Of a stretch of DNA of 64,000 nt, positions 10,321-21,060 are shown piece after piece. Location: positions 96,001-160,000 of the forward strand of contig CBDATR010000034.1 in assembly GCA_965200155.1 (NCBI GenBank), written 5' to 3'. Position 1 is the stretch's first letter. Each line of letters begins with the position of its first letter. Made by a program: the position numbers and the translations under genes. A model generated the notes under the pieces. The model had not been told where the DNA came from. It saw nothing but the letters and a program-made list of their open reading frames with translations, and searched no databases. Source of the DNA: Nitrosopumilaceae archaeon. Its GTDB lineage: Archaea; Thermoproteota; Nitrososphaeria; Nitrososphaerales; Nitrosopumilaceae.

Positions 10321-11382
10321 CTATCTAAAGTCCTTTTTGTCCAGGATAAGTTGATCAAGACCGATCAAGTTGTCAATGTATTCACCAAAGTTGCCAATGT
10401 GCAGTGATGTAGTTGTGGGCAATAGTGCCTGTGCACCATAGAGGTCACGAAGTATCTGGTTGTAATCATCATTGTTGAGACCTATCATGGCATCTACAAG
10501 GGCCTGGCGCGTACCACTACTCATCTCGTCACTTACAACAAATACGTGCGATGGAACAGGGCCCAGAACTGCCGCTTTCCGCACCATTCCCTGCTCTTCT
10601 GGTTCCAGATACAGTTGGGGTGCGATGTCTGAACCAAAGGCCACATCCACATTCCCTGCTATCAAAAGTGCCAATGCCTGCGAATAGCCACCAGCAAAGG
10701 TATGCTGCTCAAAAGCATCATTTACTGCCTCGTTCAATGCTATAACGTCATCACCATTTATGGTTACATGACCCTCGCTTACCAGTGTACCAAAGGGTCT
10801 AACAAATCCCGATGATCCAGTCTGGCTGGTGAAAGCCACTTTCTTGCCCAGCGTATCCTCGATGGAATTGATATCCGTGTTGTCGGCTCTTACCCAGACT
10901 GTTGCATCATAACTGATACTGCCATCCCTCTTGACCTCTGCCATGACCACATCGGCTCCTGTTCTGGTATGTGCAATCCATCCGGGTCCTGTATCCATGA
11001 ATGCCGCATCAACGTGCCCGAATCGTAATCCCTCTATAATGGTTTCATAGTTGCTTGGTATGATTACGTCCACCTCTACACCCAGATCCGCCTCCAGGTA
11101 TTCCTGAAGCGCGGCAGCTCCTGCCGCTAGATCATCGGCCTTCTCTACGGGTATGAACCCGATGGTTATTGCGTCCGCATCTACTAGCGGATACTGGATT
11201 ATGTTGGCATTTACAAGATACTCTATGGCTCCGGTGAATTCCTCGTCCGTAGCACTGCCACTTGCCCACTCTCCGGCGATAACCCTTATCCAGTCCGGTA
11301 TTGCGGCTTCAGCGGATTGCATGGCTAGCGGTGCACCCATGAGCGTAATTGCTGCAATTATTGCTAATGTTACTTTAATCAT
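10321..11382 (-). CDS. phnD: Phosphonate/phosphite ABC transporter substrate-binding protein
   Basis: Signal peptide; ITIGFIP, FTSQTGSSGFVRP; adjacent to phnCE. Confidence 0.88.
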   Translation of the reverse strand: MIKVTLAIIAAITLMGAPLAMQSAEAAIPDWIRVIAGEWASGSATDEEFTGAIEYLVNANIIQYPLVDADAITIGFIPVEKADDLAAGAAALQEYLEADLGVEVDVIIPSNYETIIEGLRFGHVDAAFMDTGPGWIAHTRTGADVVMAEVKRDGSISYDATVWVRADNTDINSIEDTLGKKVAFTSQTGSSGFVRPFGTLVSEGHVTINGDDVIALNEAVNDAFEQHTFAGGYSQALALLIAGNVDVAFGSDIAPQLYLEPEEQGMVRKAAVLGPVPSHVFVVSDEMSSGTRQALVDAMIGLNNDDYNQILRDLYGAQALLPTTTSLHIGNFGEYIDNLIGLDQLILDKKDFR

Positions 11383-11470
11383 TAAACACCGCCTGAATAT
11401 AATTTGTATATTAACATAACCACAATTTTAAATTGATAAAATGCAATTAAGTAATAAAAGCAAAAAATAT

Positions 11471-11562
11471 GTATGAGTTCACGTCTTCCGGAATTTTATG
11501 CACAAATCACATTAACTGTCGCGATCAGTTATGCGTAAATTTAGACATAGGTGAACTCACAC
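11471..11562 (+). mobile_element. MITE family A (92-bp type)
   Basis: TIRs; 8-bp TSD aaaaatat. Confidence 0.92.
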
Positions 11563-11703
11563 AAAAATATTACTTTGTGATGAGCAATTAATTTTTGGAC
11601 ACGTTATACCAAAAATACTGGATATTGTACAAATAGGCTTGTAAAATAACCAAGTTAAATGATCATGCACAAAATCTACACATATGGGTTTGCCTACAAA
11701 TGA

Positions 11704-11928
11704 GTAACAGCTTAGGTTATACGTGGATAGCCGTTTAAAATACATGTATGAGTTCACCTGTGTCTAAATTTACGCATAACTGATGGAACAGGTTGTTCTA
11801 GTTAATGTGATTTGTGCATAAGATTCCGGAAGACGTGAACTCATACAAATGCATCACTAGCATACAATTATTGTCCTTTCTATCATAATACCTCATGTAT
11901 GGATGTCTACGCGACCTATAGCGGCCAC
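11704..11928. mobile_element. Degenerate MITE family B carrying a nested family A copy
   Basis: gtaacagcttaggt ... gcgacctatagcggccac; interior resembles 15466-15599. Confidence 0.45.
11746..11846 (-). mobile_element. MITE family A (101-bp type)
   Basis: TIRs; TSD aaatacat/aaatgcat (1 mismatch). Confidence 0.92.
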
Positions 11929-12184
11929 CATAAGTCTTTGGGCGACTAATTTGATCAAAATATCACAATTATCACAGGCTTATTTGCGCGCCCCCAGGGG
12001 GTGGTTAATTTGGCATGTTAATATGGTATTATGTACAGCTAAATATGGTACTTTGAAGCAAGATAAAAGTTAAAAACTTGGATCTTATATACTAGTATAA
12101 TGGATCGCGCCCAACAATTACACCAAATTCAGGCAAGCTAGGGATCCGGGCAAATTGCGCGCCGACTGGGTATGCTGATATTAT

Positions 12185-12285
12185 GTATGAGTTCACCTGT
12201 GTCTAAATTTAAGCACAACTGATGGAACAGGTTGTTCTAGTTAATGTGATTTGTGCACAAGATTCCGGAAGACGTGAACTCATAC
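12185..12285 (-). mobile_element. MITE family A (101-bp type)
   Basis: TIRs; 8-bp TSD gatattat. Confidence 0.92.
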
Positions 12286-12329
12286 GATATTATTGCTGAA
12301 TATGCAGCTTAATTTTGCGGAAGCCGCCA

Positions 12330-12610
12330 TAAAGTATCAGTGTGATACGCACTGTCATAACGTGGTATAACCGGTTACGGCAGGGTGGTAATGATACAGC
12401 GGGAATCAGAGACTGACAAGCCCAGATCAGCTCGCCCCACGAAAATAAAGCGAGAACAGCTGGAGAGGGCCCGTTTATGGGCGCAAAGCCACGTATTCAT
12501 CACCAGGATTACCTCGAAGAGATATCCGGAATAAGACTGAGCGCAAATCAGGCTCAAGCGTTACGCCAAAAAGTGTGGTTGCTCCAACAAAAAGTCATCG
12601 CTCATCAAGG
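12330..12610 (+). pseudogene. IS630-like transposase N-terminal fragment
   Basis: PRSARPTKIKREQL HTH-linker motif; partial second copy at 40910-40983. Confidence 0.4.
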
Positions 12611-12711
12611 GTATGAGTTCACGTCTTCCGGAATCTTGTGCACAAATCACATTAACTAGAACAACCTGTTCCATCAGTTGTGCGTAAATTTAGACACAGG
12701 TGAACTCATAC
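12611..12711 (+). mobile_element. MITE family A (101-bp type), no TSD
   Basis: TIRs; flanks catcaagg/aaatgccc differ. Confidence 0.92.
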
Positions 12712-12839
12712 AAATGCCCTGTGATGTGCAGATTTTAAGCAAGGCAAGCATTGTGTGCATTCGCGCCTTCCCCGGTCTTGTACACAAATCATTTTGACAT
12801 GGGCGAAATCATACGGACAAATAATCGCCGTACATGCGG

Positions 12840-15413
12840 TTATTGCAGTGCCGCCTGTGCCGCGGCTACCGTAGCTATTGGTATTCGATGAGGTGATGCG
12901 CTAACATAATTCAGGTCCAGTCCGTGGCAGAAGCGTACCGAGTCCGGGTCCCCGCCATGCTCGCCGCATATTCCTATCTCCATATCCGGCCTCACCGTTC
13001 TACCGCTGGATGTGCCCATCTTCATTAACTGGCCCACCCCGGATATATCTAGGGTCTGGAAGGGGTTTCGTTCCAGTATGTGTTTTTCCATGTATTCGGG
13101 AAGGAACTTACCTTCCGCATCCTCTCTGCTGAAAGAGTATGTGGCTTGCGTCAAATCATTGGTACCAAAACTAAAGAACTCGGCGGTTCCTGCCAGCTCA
13201 TTCGCGGTGAGGGCTCCTCGCACTACCTCTATCATGGTTCCAAAGTTCACGGTAATGGTGTCATACTGCGACTTTACAGAGTCGTATATGGCCTTGATAT
13301 GGTCCAGCTCCTGTATGCTGCCTACCTGAGGTATCATTATCTGGGGTATGGCCTTTATGCCCCGCCCCTTGAGGATGGATGCCGCCTCGAATACTGCACG
13401 AATCTGGGTTTCATAAATTTGTGGATATGTTATTCCCACCCTGACGCCCCGGTGGCCCATCATGGGGTTTACCTCTGCTAACTCCTTGGCCCTGGTGGCA
13501 ACGGGATCATCATACGGCGGCTGGGGCTCCGGCAGGAATTCGTGTAGTGGCGGATCAAGTAGCCGTATGGTAACGGGGTATCCTTCCATGGCTTCCAGTA
13601 TCTGTACAAAGTCGTCCCGCTGAAGCTTCTGTAGTGATGCCAGAATGGTTTGGCGCTCGTTATCATTTCTGGCCATTATCATATCAACAAACAGACCTAT
13701 GCGGTCCTCCGCGTTGAACATGCGCTCGGTACGGCACAACCCTATGCCTTCGGCGCCATACTGGCGGGCCAGTTTTGCAGCCTGGGGGGTGTCCGCGTTG
13801 GCGCGTATTCCGAGCCTCTTGGATCCTCTGGCCCACTGCAACACGGTCTGAAAGTCGCTGGTTATCTCCGGCTGAATGGTGGGCACAACGCCCTGGAATA
13901 TGTTACCGGTGGCCCCGTCTATGGTTATGTATTCGCCCTCTTTTATGGTGAGGCTTCCGTTGGTGAACTGTTGCGCCTTGTAATCAATGTGAATGCTGGT
14001 GCACCCCACTATGCAGGGTAATCCCTGTCCCCTGGCCACTACCGCAGCATGGGATGTCTTGCCCCCCCGGCTGGTAAGTATGCCCACTGATGCAAAGAAT
14101 GCAGGTACATCCTCCGGCTTGGTCTCCTCCCGTACCAGAATTATATTCTTGCCCTCCTCGCCGTATGCCAGGGCCCGCTTAACGTCAAATACGGCAATTC
14201 CGGATGCGGCTCCGGGTGAGGCTGCTATTCCCTGAGCCAAAAGTGTGTGCTTTTTGGAGGCTTCTGTATTTATGCTGGGATGTAATAGTTGCTCCAGCTG
14301 CGCGGGATGCAGTCGGCGGATTGCCTGATCCCTGTCTATGAGTCCCTCCTTGACCATCTCCACTGATGTTCGTATCATGGACGCCGCGTTCATCTTGGCA
14401 TTGCGTGTCTGGAGCAGGTAGAACTTGCCCCGCTCCAGGGTGAACTCTATATCCTGTGGTTCCTTGTAGTGCTTCTCCAGTATGTCACAGACATTACTCA
14501 GCTGGGTATATGCGGAGGGCAGCTCCTGCTCCATGTTGGATATGGGCTTTGGTGTCCGGGTACCGGCCACTACATCCTCGCCCTGCGCGTTTACAAGATA
14601 GTCGCCAAATATCTGGTTGGATCCATCTCCGGGATTTCTGGTGAATACCACACCGGTGGCCGAGTCATTTCCCATATTTCCAAATACCATGGATACAACA
14701 TTGACGCCCGTACCATCGGCTATGTCCGGGGTTATGTTGTTCTTTTCCCGGTACACTATGGCACGCTCACCCATCCAGCTGTCAAAGACTGACTTTATGG
14801 CCAGCTCCAGCTGGGTATCCGGATCATCGGGAAAGTCCTGGCCTGTGTGTTTTTTGCACACTTCCTTGTACTGCTCTATTATGATATGCAGGGATGCCTC
14901 GTTCAGGTCCCCGTCCAGTGTGACGCCCTGGCGCCTCTTTTGCCCGTCCAGTATCTCATCGAACAGAGTATCGTCTACGCCAAAGACCACCTTGCCGAAG
15001 AGCTGCACGAATCTGCGATACGAGTCCAGGGCAAAGCGCATGTTGCCGCTCTGCGAGGCCAATCCCTGTACGGTATAATCATTTAAGCCCAGATTCAGTA
15101 TTGTATCCATCATGCCGGGCATTGATATGGCGGCGCCGGATCTTACAGAAACCAGTAACGGATTTGTATCAGACTTCCATTCCTTGCCGGTCTTTTGAGC
15201 TATGCGGGTTATCATCTCCAGTACTGAATCCATAATTTGTGGTGGCAGGACGCGACCATTATTGTAATATTCCTTGCATACGGTGGTGGTTATGACAAAA
15301 CCCGGAGGAACAGGCAGGTTCAGGGATGTCATCTCACAAAGCCCGGCACCCTTGCCGCCAAGTATCTTGCGGCTTACACCGTGACCCTCGTCATAAAAAT
15401 AGACCGGCTTCAT
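12840..15413 (-). CDS. ppdK: Pyruvate, phosphate dikinase
   Basis: LGGKGAGL, LLVSVRSGA, GGKTSHAAVVARG, GIGLCRTE, FFSFGTNDLTQ, GICGEHGGDP. Confidence 0.96.
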   Translation of the reverse strand: MKPVYFYDEGHGVSRKILGGKGAGLCEMTSLNLPVPPGFVITTTVCKEYYNNGRVLPPQIMDSVLEMITRIAQKTGKEWKSDTNPLLVSVRSGAAISMPGMMDTILNLGLNDYTVQGLASQSGNMRFALDSYRRFVQLFGKVVFGVDDTLFDEILDGQKRRQGVTLDGDLNEASLHIIIEQYKEVCKKHTGQDFPDDPDTQLELAIKSVFDSWMGERAIVYREKNNITPDIADGTGVNVVSMVFGNMGNDSATGVVFTRNPGDGSNQIFGDYLVNAQGEDVVAGTRTPKPISNMEQELPSAYTQLSNVCDILEKHYKEPQDIEFTLERGKFYLLQTRNAKMNAASMIRTSVEMVKEGLIDRDQAIRRLHPAQLEQLLHPSINTEASKKHTLLAQGIAASPGAASGIAVFDVKRALAYGEEGKNIILVREETKPEDVPAFFASVGILTSRGGKTSHAAVVARGQGLPCIVGCTSIHIDYKAQQFTNGSLTIKEGEYITIDGATGNIFQGVVPTIQPEITSDFQTVLQWARGSKRLGIRANADTPQAAKLARQYGAEGIGLCRTERMFNAEDRIGLFVDMIMARNDNERQTILASLQKLQRDDFVQILEAMEGYPVTIRLLDPPLHEFLPEPQPPYDDPVATRAKELAEVNPMMGHRGVRVGITYPQIYETQIRAVFEAASILKGRGIKAIPQIMIPQVGSIQELDHIKAIYDSVKSQYDTITVNFGTMIEVVRGALTANELAGTAEFFSFGTNDLTQATYSFSREDAEGKFLPEYMEKHILERNPFQTLDISGVGQLMKMGTSSGRTVRPDMEIGICGEHGGDPDSVRFCHGLDLNYVSASPHRIPIATVAAAQAALQ

Positions 15414-15465
15414 CAGGAATAGGTCTTTTCATGAGGCTATTTTAAAGCATTGCAACTATCATGGG

Positions 15466-15599
15466 GTAACCGCTCAGGTCACCCCTGGACAACCGCCTAA
15501 AATACACCGCGGGTATGCCCATTCTTTTTCATAATGTCTCAAATATGCCTATGATTTTACCGTCTGGATGTTTATGGTTAACGCGACCTAAACGGTTAC
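15466..15599. mobile_element. MITE family B (about 134 bp)
   Basis: gtaaccgctcaggtcac ... gcgacctaaacggttac; similar along its length to 47890-48013. Confidence 0.7.
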
Positions 15600-15609
15600 C
15601 ATTCATGAG

Positions 15610-15880
15610 GTAACCGCCCGGCTCACTCTTCCATATATGGCATAGACTGAATCCTGCTATTCTACTAGTATGACAAGGCAGCGCCGGACACGTCAGGACT
15701 GGCGGGAGGTAATTCCATACCGGATTTTGTACCCTGAAAACACGCCACAATTCGGGGCGACCTAAACGGTTGTATGAGTTCACGTCTTCCGGAATCTTAT
15801 GCACAAAAGAACCGGTTCTTTAACTGTCGCGATCAGTTATGCGTAAATTTAGACACAGGTGAAATCATACAAACGGTTAC
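15610..15880. mobile_element. MITE family B; right TIR interrupted by a family A MITE
   Basis: gtaaccgcccgg ... gcgacctaaacggtt[MITE]aaacggttac. Confidence 0.6.
15772..15870 (+). mobile_element. MITE family A (variant with internal palindrome aaagaaccggttcttt)
   Basis: TIRs; 8-bp TSD aaacggtt. Confidence 0.9.
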
Positions 15881-15921
15881 ACTGACAACGGTTTTTAATG
15901 TAGTATGAAAGTAGTGGAATC

Positions 15922-16572
15922 GTGCGTGTGGGCATTATTGTCTTTCCGGGCAGCAACTGCGACAGGGACGTACACAGGGCTCTGGAGAGAGAGGGTGCGG
16001 ACGCCCATTATATCTGGCACGAGGATACCATACCTGATACGGATGCCTTAGTACTGCCCGGCGGGTTCTCTTACGGGGACCGCCTGCGCGCGGGAATTAT
16101 AGCATCCCGGAGTCCTGCAATAAAGTCAGTTAAAGATATGGCTCATAACGGAATGCCCGTACTGGGTATATGCAACGGATTCCAGATACTCACAGAAGCT
16201 GACTTGCTCCCGGGCGCCTTGATACATAATGACAAGACCGGCTTTATGTGCCAATGGACTGATATCATATATGACGGTATGAGAACACCCTTCACGAAAT
16301 ACGTGGAGCCGGGCGGTATCGTGCACATACCTGTAGCCAACGGGCAGGGGCGCTACTATGCTGATCATGCTACCATTCATGACATGGAACAAAGGGGCCA
16401 GATAATATTCCGGTACACCAGCGGCCTGAACGGCTCTATTCATGATATAGCGGGAGTCTGCAACCATGCCGGTAATATTCTGGGCATGATGCCCCATCCG
16501 GAACGAGCCGCGGAGATACACCAAAATGATGCTGCCGCGTCCATATTCAAATCCCTGGTGAATTCAAAATGA
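15922..16572 (+). CDS. purQ: FGAM synthase glutaminase subunit
   Basis: FPGSNCDRD, LPGGFSYGDRLRAG, GICNGFQIL, GMMPHPER. Confidence 0.96.
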   Translation: MRVGIIVFPGSNCDRDVHRALEREGADAHYIWHEDTIPDTDALVLPGGFSYGDRLRAGIIASRSPAIKSVKDMAHNGMPVLGICNGFQILTEADLLPGALIHNDKTGFMCQWTDIIYDGMRTPFTKYVEPGGIVHIPVANGQGRYYADHATIHDMEQRGQIIFRYTSGLNGSIHDIAGVCNHAGNILGMMPHPERAAEIHQNDAAASIFKSLVNSK

Positions 16573-18692
16573 CACTATTTCCATCTGAGATGTCATACCT
16601 GATAGAGTCACTGGAGCGAAAGCCCACCAAGACGGAGCTGGCAATGGTCTCTGCGCAGTGGTCGGAGCATTGCTCATACAAGTCGTCCCGCATTTATATT
16701 AAACAACTGTACCGGAAAAGTGCATCTTCCCAGGGCGGCCTGGACTCTGGGGTTCTTGACATAGGGGACGGATATGTGGTGACTGCCCACATAGAGAGTC
16801 ACAACCACCCTTCCGCGGTTGAACCTTATGGCGGCGCGGCCACGGGGGTTGGGGGCGTACTGCGGGACATAATATCCGCGGGCACAAGACCCATAGCCGT
16901 ACTGGACGGGTTGCGCTTTGGTGACATATCTGTCGACAGGCACTCTGCATGGAGACTCAAGGAGGCCGTGCGAGGCATATCGGACTATGGCAACTGCATG
17001 GGCATACCCACCGTATCCGGGGAGACCGGCTTTGACTCATGCTACACCGACTATGCGCTTGTGGATGTGGGCGCCATAGGTCTAGGCAAAAAAGATACCA
17101 TTATCCGGAACCGGGCATCCCCCGGCGACAATATATTATTGATTGGGGGGTTGACCGGCCATGATGGCGTCGGCGGCGCCCAGTTCGCGTCCGACTCTTT
17201 GGATTCACATGACAGGGACGCGGTCCAGATACCGGATCCCTTTATAGAAAAGATTACGATGGAGGCAATATTCGAGGCACTCCCCCACATCCACGCCATA
17301 AAGGATTTGGGCGGCGGGGGATTGGCCTGTGCCATATCCGAAACTGCACACTCACATAATGTAGGCATGATGATAAACGCGGATTCCGTACATACACGGG
17401 AGTCCATGGAGACTCATGACATTATGGTATCCGAGTCGCAGGAGAGGATGCTAGTCATAACTGATGATGCAGGTATGGGGGCCGTCAATAAAGCATGTTC
17501 CAAGTTCCGTGTTATGTGCTCGCTCATTGGCACCGTTAACGATTCCGGAGTGATTACCGTTCATGACCGTAATGGTATCCGGGCCAACATGCCTGCATCC
17601 CTGTTGGCTATAGCACCAGTCCTGAAATGGCCTGCATCCGACATTCCCATAACACATGAAAGCCACAATGACATGGGACCACTGAATGATTACACCGATG
17701 TAATATATGAGATGCTTGCCGGCATGCACTGCTCCAGCAGGCATTCCATATATCGGCAATATGACTACGAGGTAGGTGTCCGTACCATGATAGGACCGGG
17801 CCAGGATGCATCATTACTACGAATGGATAACGACATGTATCTGGCGGTATCGATGAGTGGAAACCCCGGCCATTGTTACTCCAATCCATACAAGGGTGCC
17901 ATGGGGTGCTTTGAGGAGGGATACCGGAATGTCACCTGTGTGGGTGCCACGCCCGTGGCCATGCTGGATCATTTACAGTTTGGGAGTCCGGAGGATCCCA
18001 AAATATTCCGCACATTCACAGACAGTGTATCCGGACTGGCCGCATACGGAAAAGGAACAGACATACCCTGCATAGGCGGCAAGGTCAGCTTGTACAACGA
18101 GACTGCTCACGGCCCCATCAAGCCGACACCGGTCATTATGGTACTGGGTATGTCAAAATCAATACCGGCCATATGGGAACCCAAAGAGGGCGACTCATTA
18201 GTAATGATAGGCAGCACCAAACCGGAGCTGGGCGGCTCCATATATTACAGCATGAATAATTACGCTGGTGGTACCTGTCCTGCAGTTGATATAACTGAAT
18301 CAATAAAGAATGGCGATACGGCAAGGCACATGATACACGACTCTGTGGCATCACGTATTCATGACTGCTCCGGCGGGGGGTTGGCAGTAGCGCTTGCCCG
18401 TTTATGCATGGGTGGTGATATAGGCTGTAGCGTGAATCTGGGCGACATGTTACAGGAGTCGTGCCTTACAAATCACATGCTATTCTCGGAGAGTCATTGC
18501 AGGTACCTGGCCGTAATACCGGAGAAACATTCCACACCAGATGTACTGGGGCGATACGGCTTACAAGTCTTGGGCCATTTCGGCGGTGACTCTATAGTAT
18601 TTCATTCAAATGGAATAATAGCAAATGTCATGGTTGATAAGGTGAAGAATATGTGGCATGAATCATTGGAGTGCATGATGCACAATGGTTAG
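16569..18692 (+). CDS. purL: FGAM synthase subunit
   Basis: WSEHCSYKSS, ESHNHPSAVEPYGGAATGVGG, SESQERM, GGKVSLYNET. Confidence 0.96.
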   Translation: MTLFPSEMSYLIESLERKPTKTELAMVSAQWSEHCSYKSSRIYIKQLYRKSASSQGGLDSGVLDIGDGYVVTAHIESHNHPSAVEPYGGAATGVGGVLRDIISAGTRPIAVLDGLRFGDISVDRHSAWRLKEAVRGISDYGNCMGIPTVSGETGFDSCYTDYALVDVGAIGLGKKDTIIRNRASPGDNILLIGGLTGHDGVGGAQFASDSLDSHDRDAVQIPDPFIEKITMEAIFEALPHIHAIKDLGGGGLACAISETAHSHNVGMMINADSVHTRESMETHDIMVSESQERMLVITDDAGMGAVNKACSKFRVMCSLIGTVNDSGVITVHDRNGIRANMPASLLAIAPVLKWPASDIPITHESHNDMGPLNDYTDVIYEMLAGMHCSSRHSIYRQYDYEVGVRTMIGPGQDASLLRMDNDMYLAVSMSGNPGHCYSNPYKGAMGCFEEGYRNVTCVGATPVAMLDHLQFGSPEDPKIFRTFTDSVSGLAAYGKGTDIPCIGGKVSLYNETAHGPIKPTPVIMVLGMSKSIPAIWEPKEGDSLVMIGSTKPELGGSIYYSMNNYAGGTCPAVDITESIKNGDTARHMIHDSVASRIHDCSGGGLAVALARLCMGGDIGCSVNLGDMLQESCLTNHMLFSESHCRYLAVIPEKHSTPDVLGRYGLQVLGHFGGDSIVFHSNGIIANVMVDKVKNMWHESLECMMHNG

Positions 18693-20085
18693 GGAGAATT
18701 GTGGAGTCGTTGGGGTATTCAGTGATGATAATGCCAATGTCATACCATTAGTTATAGATGCCCTCCGCGCCATGCAGCATCGGGGTCAGGAGGCATGGGG
18801 GCTAGCCATACCCAATCGCGAGCCGCTAAGACGCATGGGACTGGTCTCTGATTCTGCCTCGGACTTTCAGGATATGGCCCGCGATTACCAGTCATCCTGC
18901 GCCATCGGCCATGTAAGATATTCCACAATAGGCAGGAGCAACCTGGAGAACGCGCAACCACTGAGAGTACAAGACCTGTGTGTCGCGCATAATGGTACCA
19001 TTACCGATGTGCACCAGATGAAGAATCTGGTGGGCGGGTGCACCTTTAGTCCCCAGACCACTAGCGATACGCTCATGGGCGCCAAACGCCTTGTGGATTT
19101 AATGGGTGGTGGTGGCAGTATGAGTAAGGCATTACAGATACTAAAGGGCGAGATGATGGGCTCCTACTGTTTCACGTTCATAGCCGATGACGGCTCCGTT
19201 TATGCGGCACGTGATTCTAGGGGCTTTCGGCCCATGGTTCTTGGGTATAGGAATAATGATAGAGTGCATATTGTGGCCTCAGAATCCGCGGCCTTGGGTT
19301 CCATAAGGGCCGATCTGGTGAGAGATGTGCGTCCCGGCGAGCTATTACAAATAAGTAAAAACGGCCTCAAGAGCGAGATGTTCTCAGAGGGTGAGCGCCA
19401 CGCGCACTGCTCCTTTGAGTTTACGTATTTTGCGCATCCGGCTAGCCGCATGGAGGGGGCCAACATATACCTGACGCGCAAAAGAATAGGCAGGAGATTG
19501 GCGCGCAAGTTTCCCATATATGACGCGGATTTGGTAATCCCGGTCCCGGACTCTGCCAGGCCCGCGGCCCTAGGTTATGCTCAGGAGCTCTCCATACCAT
19601 TTGATGAGGGACTGCTAAAAGATAGATACAGCAAGAAGGGCCCCTTGCGCAGTTTCATTGAGCCGCAACAGAGGGACCGCATGGAGATAAACCGCTGGAT
19701 AATACCAATCCAGGAGATTGTAAATAACCGTCATGTAGTAGTCATAGATGATAGTCTGGTCCGGGGCACAAGCTCTCGCGCTATAATAAAGGCCCTGCGG
19801 GACGCGGGCGCCCGCAAGATAAGCATGTTAATCACGTATCCACCAGTCCGATTCCCGTGCTACGCGGGTATTGACTTTCCGTCCCGGGAGGAATTGGCAA
19901 CGTACTCTGATAAGGATTTGAGCGAGACCGAGACTATCGAGATGGTGCGAAAAGATATCGGCGCGGACTTTTTGGGACATAATGACTCAGAGAATCTTGC
20001 GCGCGCAGTAGGGATACCCCATGACTCCATGTGCTTTACCTGTTATACGGGCGATTACAGCACGCTGGGAATAAAGCCACAGTAG
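18685..20085 (+). CDS. purF: Amidophosphoribosyltransferase
   Basis: ENCGVVG, QHRGQE, GHVRYST, HNGT, PVPDS, DDSLVRGTS. Confidence 0.96.
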   Translation: MVRENCGVVGVFSDDNANVIPLVIDALRAMQHRGQEAWGLAIPNREPLRRMGLVSDSASDFQDMARDYQSSCAIGHVRYSTIGRSNLENAQPLRVQDLCVAHNGTITDVHQMKNLVGGCTFSPQTTSDTLMGAKRLVDLMGGGGSMSKALQILKGEMMGSYCFTFIADDGSVYAARDSRGFRPMVLGYRNNDRVHIVASESAALGSIRADLVRDVRPGELLQISKNGLKSEMFSEGERHAHCSFEFTYFAHPASRMEGANIYLTRKRIGRRLARKFPIYDADLVIPVPDSARPAALGYAQELSIPFDEGLLKDRYSKKGPLRSFIEPQQRDRMEINRWIIPIQEIVNNRHVVVIDDSLVRGTSSRAIIKALRDAGARKISMLITYPPVRFPCYAGIDFPSREELATYSDKDLSETETIEMVRKDIGADFLGHNDSENLARAVGIPHDSMCFTCYTGDYSTLGIKPQ

Positions 20086-20253
20086 CCGGTTCACGACACC
20101 CTTGTGGCGTAGATCGTGTTTATCGGCGTCTTGCACGAATGATTATGATTCTATGGCAACTAAGTCTCTGAATATACATACAGTTTCCGTCTTGTGTGCA
20201 ACAGACTTGTGTGACCTGCTATACCCGCATTCTGCCGCGGAGAGGCACGCGGG

Positions 20254-20364
20254 ATTGAGGGAAGCATGAAAAATTATGCCCTGGTATGGGACCCACCACG
20301 GGAGTGACCACCGCAGCGGCCGTGCCTATTGAGGGAAGCATGAAAAATTATGCCCTGGTATGGG
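20254..20364. repeat. Isolated repeat-spacer-repeat unit 2 (37+37+37 bp), CRISPR-like geometry
   Basis: attgagggaagcatgaaaaattatgccctggtatggg at 20254-20290 and 20328-20364. Confidence 0.9.
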
Positions 20365-20449
20365 TGACTCCCGGTGACTTGTGCCGCCTTTTTGGGAGGC
20401 TCCTGTTTAACGCGACACATTTATCTTAATAACGCGTAATTGTCAGTCT

Positions 20450-20989
20450 GTGAGGCGCAAGGAGAGAGAACAAATCAGGGTTGGCGACCTTGTCATAAAC
20501 ATAAGAAGGACCAGCAGGCGAAAAACTATGGCGATTCATGTTGAAAGGGAGGGTGTGGAAGTGCGGACACCATTATCCACACCTAACACAACGATTAGAA
20601 AAATTGTTATCAACGACAGAGAGTGGATTAACAAAAGGCTCAAGGTGTTTGAAGATATGGTGATTCCCACCGTAAAGGCCAAGCCGGTGTCATTATTGGT
20701 TACAAGAGTCCATGAATTGGCCAAAGTGATGGGCGTGAATCCCGCCAAGGTTACCATAAGAGTGATGAAGACGCGCTGGGGTAGTGCAGGTAAAAATGGT
20801 AATATCACGTTAAACGAGAAACTGACACTGGCCCCTGATCCGGTAATAGACTCTGTCATAATTCACGAGCTGTGCCACTTGGTACACCATAATCACTCCC
20901 CGGCATTTTGGGAACTGGTAAAAGGATATGACAAAAACCTTGCAACTAGCAAAGAATGGCTTCGAAAGAACGGACTGTGGCTTGCATAA
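20450..20989 (+). CDS. YgjP/DUF45 (M48-like) zinc metallohydrolase
   Basis: MKTRWGS, VIIHELCHLVHHNHSPAFW. Confidence 0.85.
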   Translation: MRRKEREQIRVGDLVINIRRTSRRKTMAIHVEREGVEVRTPLSTPNTTIRKIVINDREWINKRLKVFEDMVIPTVKAKPVSLLVTRVHELAKVMGVNPAKVTIRVMKTRWGSAGKNGNITLNEKLTLAPDPVIDSVIIHELCHLVHHNHSPAFWELVKGYDKNLATSKEWLRKNGLWLA

Positions 20990-21060
20990 GTTTCATCCGT
21001 GTATGTTGGTGTGCACACAAGCTGGCACACCCTGATTTTTAGATATGCTTTCATGGCCGT

